This document shows positions 25,320 through 35,469 of a stretch of DNA of 64,000 bases, one piece after another. The stretch comes from Dicyema japonicum (Eukaryota > Animalia > Dicyemida). Each line of letters starts with the position of its first letter. The stretch's first letter is position 1. The DNA is taken from positions 27,405-91,404 of the forward strand of contig RDEW01000089.1 of the NCBI GenBank assembly GCA_011109175.1, read 5' to 3'. A program made the position numbers and the translations under genes. A model generated the notes under the pieces. It was given only the letters and a program-made list of their open reading frames with translations. It was not told the DNA's origin and made no database searches.

Positions 25320-27470
25320 TATTTAACATGCTAGGTAATTCTGGATTAGTGCTATGTCCGCCTTCTAGCTCATCCATAGGGCATGCAGTTCCAACACTTT
25401 ACTTATGATCACTTTCAGTTTCATTATTATCAGGGACGAATAAGGTAAGGTGTTCTGTTTTAATGACCACAGAGCAGAGTCAGAGATCATAAGAGAAAAG
25501 GAGCAACCCCATGAATTTCACTCCTGATTTCTCCCCTGACTAGACAATGTGGATTCGCTTTCTTTTAAAAATAGAGTCCTACAGGTATACTACCCATATC
25601 ATTAAAAGTCAGGAGATCCTCGTGAGCACCGCTGGTTATTTGAGTGAATCTCGCTCGCCATCCTTAGAGGGATAGCCACGCAGTCAGAGAGGCCGTTATG
25701 TGACTATTTGCTCACTTTTTTCCTTAATAAATTATTAACTATCTAAAAAAATCAACAAAATATATACTTTTTTAGCTCTATAATAAATGATAGTAAAATC
25801 TTAAACATAGCTTCTGTCAAATTGCGCTGGGAACATTGAAACCTACTAAGGAAATCCTCCCGTGTGGAAATCCTGCCCAGGAACCTAGAAAATATGATAT
25901 AGGCGACTGGAACAGTGCCCCTGCTAAGTACTCGAGTATGCGGACTACGTCCAATTCGGAAATACGCAGGAACGCAGTCAGAACATCGAAAAAAGATGCG
26001 AAGAATGTTAAGAGAGGCTGGGATCACCTAAACTTTGTTTACTTTAGATATGACTGTGGTTTTCTGGTTCAATAATAATAACTACACACAACTTCAGTAT
26101 TGATTACTGTAGTAAAAAAACATAGGCAAATTTATTTATTAATTTAAAAATAAACCCACAAAAATTATGGCGATTAATCAACAAAAAGAGCAATCGAATT
26201 GAATCGGATTTTTTAATCGAGAAACAAAGGAATTGATAGGTCACCTTTCTGAAGATCGTAGAATGTATGTTCGTTTTGTTTTTACAAGCGACCATGACCA
26301 AATTGTGTTGAAACTGAAAAGATCTATTTGTCTGCCAAGATATTCTACAAATTTCAAGAACTATTCGGAGGCAAATTGGATTGGATTCAGCACGTATGTG
26401 GATAATTGTCTATCGGGACTCGTTGTGGAAGACTTCCCTATTGACAAGGCAGCCGTGATGTTAACTTCAGTTATTCCAAAACCGGAGAGAATGTTCATCC
26501 CAATATCTTCTTACGGAAAATTTAATCCAAAACTATCTTCGGGCATCCTGGAACATATCAAAAAACGGCATGCTTTGAAGAAAACCGGACTGCAATCAGA
26601 TGGCTTTATATCGTTCATACGCTCTCCAAATCGCAGAATTTCCCTATTATTCCGTGATAAACACAGACATAAATGGAGTCGGCTTGTTGGTCGACTATGC
26701 CACAAGAACTAATGTGGAACCTTCTGGAAGACACTAAAGAGTATCAACTACTTCACAAAGGAAGATGACGGCGGAGTGGAAACCGTTACCCTTGTCCTGG
26801 AACATGCACGGAAACTCGCTAATAACTTCATGAAATACTATGTGTCGATCAGCCACAAAGACTTCTCTCGATCTCTACATGTCAAACGAGATGGTCCACA
26901 ACAGTCGACATATACAACGTTCTTCACTCCCTACGACGTGGAAAGAATTATTAAATTTCTACGACCAACCCGAGCATGTGGCCCCGACAGTGTTTGTGCT
27001 ATCCACCTTAAACACCTAGGACCTTAGGCCCATATTGTTTTATCAAGACTATACAACCAGTCTATAAATTCCCATATAACACCAAACATATGGAAGAACT
27101 CATTGATTACTCTAATATTAAAGCCTGGAAAATCAAAGACATTCCATCCTCTTACCGCTCTGTCTCCATGACTTGCGCTTAGTCAAAAGTTTTGGAGAAG
27201 CTTGTACTAATGTTAATTACCTCTGTTCTACAATTTCCTGATTTTCAACATGGCTTCAGATAAGGCCGTTCTACAACAACTTATTTGGGATTTGTCTCTC
27301 AGTTCATCACAGACGGCTTCAACGTGAAGACGCACTTACAGACGGCTCTGGTGTATATTCAGTCACACGAATAAGGTGTTAACCAAGAGTCTTCGAAAAT
27401 GGAACGTCCTAAAACCCATCGTAAAGAAGAGCCCTTTCACTCCTACTGCTTGGATACAAGAGACATTATC
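25320..27470. mobile_element. Cluster of LINE debris: APE fragment (-, 25320-25520), CRE 3' end (+, 25605-25720), LINE 3' end with TAA tail (+, 25835-26080), Ingi-like APE/RT fragment (+, 26270-27470)
   Basis: KADIALIQ; ISLAILRG; REAGIT*; TSDHD..ANWIGF..ACGPD..HLKHLGP..FQHGFR. Duplicated at ~53180-55080. Confidence 0.75.
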
Positions 27471-28029
27471 CTCAACCATCTCACTAACTAGCATTTTATT
27501 TTTTTATATTAGTAAAATACTGATCATCGTTAAAAACTATATAAGGGTTCCGTATAAAATGAAAAATGTCGATGGGTTCCGTGTTCTCAAAAACCACTGC
27601 TTTATAATATGAAGACTTCACGCTCACCCTCTCAAAGTTAAACTGTAACTCATCATTTTTAATAAAAACAATAAAAATCTTTATTATAAGTTTCCAGATT
27701 TTCTACAACTTTGAATTATTTTAGAACTTTCTGGGGTTACTTTTTTTGTTAGCCGTATATTTGGAGGCTAAAAACAATAAAAATCTTTATTATAAGTTTC
27801 CAGATTTTCTACAACTTTGAATTATTTTAGAACTTTCTGGGTTTACTTTTTTTGTTAGCCGTATATTTGGATGCGGAACTGAGAAATACTATGGGACCCT
27901 GTATCACCAAATCACCGAACTTATATACGCGGATTATTTGGACTTTGCATCCACCAATAACTTGATTGAGTCGCTCTACGTACAGTAGAGATATCGCCCG
28001 CAAATAAAATCCAAAGATAAATCTCTATA

Positions 28030-28780
28030 TACAGTCCGACCTCTAATTGGAGCGCGTAACGCCCAAAGTCTGAGGTTTCCACAAAATATAGGTTTTCTAT
28101 ATAGCTCGATAAATAAACAAAAAGAACATTATTTATTAATCAATTATTTTCCCCTCATATTTATAATTATTTCTACTTTCACGTTCATCTGACTTGATAA
28201 AAAATGAAGATAGCCTGAATAAATCAAAATGTTTGTATCTATGTTTTCCATCATTAAAGTTTTTGATGGTTCACAGTCTATATCCTCATAGAGATATGCA
28301 TTATTATCTTCTTCAATTTCATCAATAGAATTATTAAATATTTCTTCAGTTTATTCATTTATGCAATTTAAGTGAGATAGAAATTGTCGACAAATTTTTT
28401 GCCAGCAGTTAGAAATAGTTTCAACAGATACATTACTCGATTATTTCAGCACCATATGAGATTATTGTAACGACTTGCCGCAAATTTAATTTTGATAGAG
28501 ATTCGATAATAAAAATTGGTCGTCTTGAAAACATAAGAAATCGATTAGACAGTTTAAATGAAATTTTTAATGTTCCAGCATCCCAGGTTAGGTAATTTTT
28601 TGGCAAAAATAAAAAAAATCGATATTAAAGAACGTTGCTATTTTGTGGCAGGCAGCGTTATTTAATAACATTAAGATTTTTCTTTTTTGAAAAATCATTT
28701 ATAATAATTTTTTGAATATCAAATATTTTGTCGAGTATTTAATAACAACATGGCATTTACTTCATACAAGGAGCGTTTTA
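28030..28780 (-). mobile_element. pogo/Tigger-like DDE transposon remnant
   Basis: KILMLLNNAACH..FLPKN..WDAG..VSVETISNCWQK, and a TACAGTCCGACCTC terminus at ~28030. Paralog at ~55520-57230. Confidence 0.65.
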
Positions 28781-29306
28781 TCTTGATTCTTTAAAAATCG
28801 AGGGGAGCAGTCCTGCACAAAAGGCTCGACGATAAGTTAGATGAAGATTTCTTAGTAATGTCAATCAGAGATTTGACAGAGAAAAAATGGAAAACTTCCT
28901 AAAACAAAATACCATCATTGACTACTATGTCGCAACACAGAATAACTCATAAGAGGGCTCTGAGGACGCAGAGGAGAGTTTAAGCATGACTTGTGGAGAG
29001 AAACCTCAAATTAATAGACTCTTTACTTTCTTTTGTTAATGTTATTGCTGTCTAAATCGCATAGCATGAGAGAACCCGAATCATTCTTCGTGTCCGGGCT
29101 GATAAGTCAAACTTATCACTTAATGAAACCAGAAGGAATCACAATGTATTTCCGTGATAACCAAAAGAATTAAAAAATAGGTACACTTCTTCATGAGGAT
29201 TCAAACGGGTGGCACAAGTTGAGGAATTCAGTTAAATTAAATAATATTTTTTTAATATTTGGATAATATAATAATATTTAAATGAAAATATATAGAAATA
29301 ATTAAA

Positions 29307-30574
29307 ATGATCGGCCTAATTTTTGTTGTTTTCACTATGTTGTTTAATTCTTTTATTTCATCTAAATTTCAAATTCGAATCAATCAATCCTATGATTATT
29401 ATGAAATTAAATGGAATAATTTTCTAGAAAACTACAGTTGAATTCTTTTAACTTAAGACAAATCATATTCTGGTTTAGAACTCCATGTTAGAAAGGCTAT
29501 TTTTACTGAAAAATTAAGATTTATTGACAACCACAATTTACTTTCAAAGCAAGAAGTTTTGTATGAATTAGGAATTAATCAGTTTGCTGACTTGGTTATC
29601 TCATAAAATAATTTTGTAGACAAGGAGAGAAATCCTCAAACCCAGCAAATTCAATTTATATAATAATTATAATTCTTATGGAACAGTGGAAAATGAATTA
29701 ATTGGTGATTACACTATCCGTGGAAAGAAATGTCCTCGATCCTTTAATTGGGTAAAAAAACAGTGTAACTGTTATAAAATTCCAAGATCTGTATGTTGGT
29801 CATGCTATGCATTTGCTGCAGTTAATAATTGATTAATATATTTAGTTGGCCACGTTGGAGTCGCATTTGGCAATCAAAAACAATAAGCTTGTATCAATGA
29901 GCGCACAAAATCGTCGATTGTGTTATTTACGGATGCAACGGTGGAAGTAAAAGTACTGTGTATAATTACATACAAAAAAACGGAAGAATTAATTCTGAAA
30001 AACGGTATCCATATATTGCCACTGTAANATCAATGAGCGCACAAAATATCGTTGATTGTGTTATATACGGATGCAACGGTGTAAGTGAAAGTACTGTGTA
30101 TGAATACATACAAAAAACGGAGGAATTAATTCTGAACAGCGGTATCCATATATTCCCAATGTAAATCGACGGATAATTATATAGGATGGTAAATGCAAAT
30201 ATGGAAGTCAACCAGATGTTAAATTTAAATTGGCTGGATAGTTGAGAGTGGCAATGAAAAAATGCTTTTGCGTACTTTTGTAGATTTTCGGCCTGTCACT
30301 GCTGGTGTTTATTTTTCTATAAGCTTTGAACGTTATTTTAAAGGTAAATATGAATGAAACGTTTTAGGAATATTTCAATTTAAAAATTGTTTGCCTGAGA
30401 ATAATTACCACTTTATTTCAGTTGTCGGTTATGGAGTCTCAAAAGGATAAAAGTATTGGCTCATAAAAAAATTCATGGGGTAAAATTTGGGGGATAAATG
30501 GCTACATGAAATTGGCACGTGGGAAAGATAACTGTGGATTTCCTCTGAATCCCAAATATCCTATAATCGAATAA
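29307..30574 (+). pseudogene. Cathepsin L-like papain-family (C1A) cysteine protease, copy A
   Basis: Signal peptide; I29 prodomain (IFTEKLRFIDNHN, GINQFADL); SCYAF, NYHFISVVGYG, YWLIKNSWG. Introns at 29437-29457, 29595-29619, 29821-29845, 30161-30184 and 30344-30367. Internal stops and frameshifts; contig join at N30028. Confidence 0.88.
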
Positions 30575-30714
30575 TCGTTAAGGGTGAAATTACTATTTAG
30601 TTCTGATAATATTGAGTTAATTCAATTCCACTTGTATTATTTTTTTCTAATAAAAAATATTTACTTAATACTATTTTTTACTAATTTATATTTTAAAACG
30701 TTTCTGTAACAAAA

Positions 30715-32543
30715 GGACCGGATTTCAGTGATCCAGCTCAATGTGAATGGAATCAAGGGCTCAAAACACTCATCTCAAAAATCAAAATTGACATCCTACT
30801 AATTCAAGAGTCTAATTTGACTCCGAAGGACTCTACGCCTATTTTTCTTGGATTCAATGTTATTCGGAAAGATCGTACAGAGAAATGTGGAGGTGGACTA
30901 CTAACGATTATCAGAAAGGGACTCAATTATCAGGACTGTTCATCAGAAACTCCTCGGGACGATGAAAACACGGAAGCAATTGGAATCTCTGTGAGTTCAA
31001 CAAAAGGAAAATTGTTTTTGGTTAACGTCTATATACCTCCTCCTGATTCATGCTCTAAGAAGTATTCAATGGTTGACTTATCTATTTTGGAAAATATGGG
31101 GGATATCTTGATCTGCGGAGACCTGAATAGCAAACATCCTCTTTGGCTGTCAAGTGCAAGAGGAAGACTTTTACTCTCGCAGTCTGGAAAACTGATGATT
31201 ATTTATAACCCTTCGAAACACACAAGGGAAAATATGGGGGATATCTTGATCTGCGGAGACCTGAATAGCAAACATCCTCTTTGGCTGTCAATTGCAAGAG
31301 GAAGACTTTTACTCTTGCAGTCTGGAAAACTGATGATTATTTATAACCCTTCGAAACACACAAGAACCCCTTTCAGGGATTCTGACCAACCCACATTTCC
31401 AGACATCACTCTCTGCTCCCCAGCCCTTTCTACAAGAAGAACTTGGTCCGTCATATACGATACCAGAAGCGACTACAACCCTATTTTATTGAAGATCAGT
31501 AGGGTGTATTTTGTGATAAAAGGCCGACCTACATATACAAATCTGCAAACTGGAACCTTTTCCGGATTATTACTGAATATCGTTTTGCTGACGTAAATCT
31601 GGAGGATTTCTTTTTCCTTGACAAGGCGGTGTATCACATAAATGACATCAATCTGCAAGGGAGAAAAATGGCTGTCCCAATAAGACACGCCTGCTACACA
31701 AGAGGCTTTGGAAAGATGGCTTTGGTCAAGGAAAGAAATAGCCTCAAAAAGGCTGGATTTCGCTCAACTGAGGCAAAACTCCGACTGAAAGCACTGAATG
31801 AAAATATAAAGGCCAAAGAACTTAAGATACAGAAAACAAAATGGTCACGAGTTCTCACAGTTTTGAACCGAAATCAGACAACCCTCCCAAGTATGGAAAA
31901 TCATTCGAGACATAAGGGCTGATGATAGACCAACCGACGAATCCGAATACATCCAGAAGGATCTGAATTCCATTATGAAGTATTATGTGAAAATTGCCCA
32001 TAAAGAGAAACGGAAGATCAAAAAAGGTCAACTTCCTTTGGAAAAACCGAAGAGGGACCGCTTATCTTCCTACTTTTCAGGAACGGATGTAAAAGAAACA
32101 CTGTTCACTACAAAGACAATTTATTCCCACGGTCCAGATGGAATCCTTGTTATCTTGCTGAAAAATCTTGGACCGGAAGGGATCAGGACCCTTACAAAAA
32201 TCTATAATTGGTCTTTAAGGGAAAATGGGATCCCCTCACTATAGAAACTCACCTACATCCGCCCAATATTGGAGATGGGATAACCAAAAAACGACCCGGC
32301 ATCATTCAGACGGAATCGTTGCTATCTTCAATGTCGAAAATTCTGGAAAAACTAGTTCTTCAAAAGATCAGAGGAATAATCCCAGAGAACCATTCCAACA
32401 CGGATTTAAATCCTTTCACTCTACGGATACCCAGCTACTATCCCTGAGTGATTTTATTCGCTCTAGGTTCACCACCAAACCCAGGCACAAAAAGACAATT
32501 CTATGTTCTGTAGACATTTACAAGGCATTCGACTCCATCCCAA
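30715..32543 (+). mobile_element. Ingi/I-group LINE (APE plus start of RT), copy A
   Basis: VIQLNVNGI..IQES..GGGLLT..ICGDLNSKH..GPDGI..FQHGF..DIYKAFD. Has an internal tandem duplication near 31090-31345 and runs into the N gap. Confidence 0.88.
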
Positions 32544-33830
32544 NNNNNNNNNNNNNNNNNNNNNNNNNNNNNNNNNNNNNNNNNNTTTAATAATAGTAAA
32601 TAAAAAATCATTAAAATGAATTTTTAACTATATTTTATTGTAAATGTATATTGAAAAAATTATTAGGTTAAAGAATTAAAATTATTTTAACCTTTCCTTT
32701 TGTTAATTTCGGATGCTGCAAAATATATGAAATCAGGTAAAATTTTATGTTTAGATAGCAAAATACTTAAAAATCTTCACCCCAAGTTATACCATGTCAC
32801 ATGAGCCGCTCATCTATTAAACAATTGTTGAGAGAAAACAAGAGACTCTTATCTGGAAATTGATTTGATGATAGCTACTGTACAGCAATTAACAAGAACA
32901 AAAAATCGATATATTGATAAAAATCCAAAATATATGTATATTGAGAAAAAAATCAAATTTTCATTAAAAATATATATTTTACAAAAGAGCTGAAATTTTG
33001 ATAAATTTGTTTCACTAAATATCAAAAAAATCAAATAGTCGAGGAAAATCCATATTTATTGGTTACCAAAACATGTATATATATTAAACATGTTGATAAC
33101 AGGCTTCAACACTATTTGACTATTCCATAATATATTTAATATTGAAGAAAATGTAAGGAATACATAGATAAATAACAAACATGAACCAACCACAAGAACG
33201 TGGCAACTGTACGCCAATTTATATACATACGTATTAAAAGGTTCACCATATTGTATAACAATTTTTTAAATATATAAAATTAAATTAATATAAATTAGTC
33301 AAAATTTGACTTTAATTAGTACATCTAACTTTCCTTTCGTATTTTTCTTTGCCTCGCTGAGTCGCGTCACGATTGCATCCCCAATTTCACTGGTGACTAC
33401 TTTACTAATTTTATTATGCCTTCTTGAAGTTTCAAATACGTTTGGTATGAAACAGAACCGATCTTTGATGGCTAGACTTCTTAATTTCCTATGTTCAGAA
33501 TATTCAGCATCCTGGTAATCTGAATAAACAAAAAATACAAGCCGAGAAGCGATATACGAGTTTTTCTCGCCTTACAGCGACTATTGTGAAGAGATGTAGA
33601 GACTGTGACGCAAACCAATTCCGATAGGGAGACTCTGGTTGTCTAACAAAGTTGTTAGAGTTTCGCTAACATCCACTGTCCTCTATGTACGCTCCCGGAA
33701 AAAAGGGAGGCGATGCTGATTTAGTCCTTTCTCCTTCGGAAAACTTGTAAGAACATCATTCAATGATTTCTAATACAGTTTATTCATGGGAACGTCTAAG
33801 TTCCGAAAATAAGTAGGAAGTAGTATATTA

Positions 33831-34993
33831 TGTCGCGAGCGCTACTTGCAACTATGCGCTACTTGCAATATCGATTTTTTGAATTTTTTGAATTTTTTTT
33901 GAATCTATGAAAATTATTCTTTTGGATTAAAATTCTAATTTTTAGTAATATAAAATATTAATTTTAATGTATAAAATTAATATAAACTATTAATTCTAAT
34001 TTAAATTGTTATGTCACGCTTCTCCCACGTTGTTGTGGTGCTTCGTTTGTGCTAATGCTTATTCCATATTATTTTTGTATTGTCTTACATTTTCTTCATT
34101 AATATATTAGTGGATTCATCAAATAGAGTTTAATAGGTTTGCATTTAGACATGATAAAGACATGAATTTTCTAGAGAAGAAAAACAGAAGCACGTCACCA
34201 CTTCAACCAAAAAGACCAAGAAACACACTTCCAACCTGCTTAAAAGATGACTACGAACAAAATAGTCGTAAATTGGTGACAGCGGACGATCTGGATGATG
34301 TTCGAATGAGGGCCAGGAACAAGATGGCGTGGGCGAGGAGGATGGCTGCAAATCATGGCTCAAGCGAACCCCTTTTAGGGCCACGCGAAAGAGCTCTTAA
34401 CTGACTAAATTAACTATATAGGTTTGCGTAAAAAAAGACCATGGAACAAATCCCTCGCTAAAGTTAGGGAAATTTGAGTTTCCCTACAGTGAAAAAGTGA
34501 AAGTCGTAGATATATTGTCTAACAAGCGAATGACACTTCAATCAAATGAGGGACATAGCGAGATCTTCCACATGAGTCGCGTTAAAAAGCTTAAAAAGAA
34601 GTGACTTACCTTTTCTTATAAATAAAATTTTTTTTTTGAATTTTTTGTCTTAATTGAAACTTAAATGAATACAATCGTATAACCCGGAATTTTTAATAGT
34701 TTAAAATATTGAAAAATTAAGAGTTTTATTGTTGAAATTAATTTTTAAATTATTTAGAATGCTTATCAGTATTATTAATAGTAAGATAATTTAAGAATTT
34801 AAAAAATAAATTCAATTTTATATTTTTTAAAGCATAACATAAATCTACATATAATTTTAGTTTCATTTTTTTGAGTAAAACTGGTTTCTTTAAAAAATTT
34901 CGACTTGTGAGTGTCTTAATACTACTCGTTTAATTTCGAGCAAAAAAAATCGATATTGCAAGTAGCGCATAGTTGCAAGTAGCGCTCGCGACA
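33831..34993 (+). mobile_element. Ginger-like (Gypsy-integrase-related) TIR transposon, non-autonomous copy 1
   Basis: Perfect 50-bp TIRs TGTCGCGAGCGCTACTTGCAACTATGCGCTACTTGCAATATCGATTTTTT, flanked by TATTA/TAATT. GPY/F-like integrase tail GKFEFPYSEKVKVV..FHMSRVKK. Carries an RTE insertion at 34143-34417. Confidence 0.82.
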
Positions 34994-35469
34994 TAATTAT
35001 ATGTTGTTAGTTAAATAAACTCCCGCAGTACTCATAAAAATCTGGTTCCACATGTGCAGTGCTCTTCACTATCCGTTCTACCAGTTTGCTTTATGTAACT
35101 TTCCTCTTCGCACAGTCTCTGCATTTCATCGAAGAAATTCATGCATAAGGTCTCCTGTTTGATGTTCGAAGCTAAGTTGTATTTGTAACGGGGTAGAATA
35201 GATAGACTGAGAGTCGATAAAGACAGTCATTATTAGAGGTTTCAACCACTCAACCAACATGTACCTGATATGTGTCGTCCTCTCACAAAGAGTTCGTAGT
35301 AGTGAGTTTTCAATGCTGGGTGTTGCAATTTAAAGATTGGCCAATTTGCGAGGGTCGCACCTGAAGCCAAGAGGAAAGAGGAGGAACAGGACATGCAAAC
35401 AAAAAAATCTTCAAGTAACAACATCACCACAATAACGTTGGCGCTACGTGGAAAATTGAGTATTCAAAG

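Larger units (their letters stand above)
18065..32543 (+). repeat. Segmental duplication copy A (paralog 48245-60373)
   Basis: Collinear order in both copies: RT fragment, ZYG11-like gene, hAT, LINE debris, pogo, cathepsin L, LINE. Roughly 85-95% identical by eye. Confidence 0.92.

Noticed and set aside
33831-33880. Repeated GCGCTACTTGCAA units as a CRISPR-like array
   Set aside because: Eukaryotic context, only two units per end, and no spacers. They are part of the transposon TIRs.
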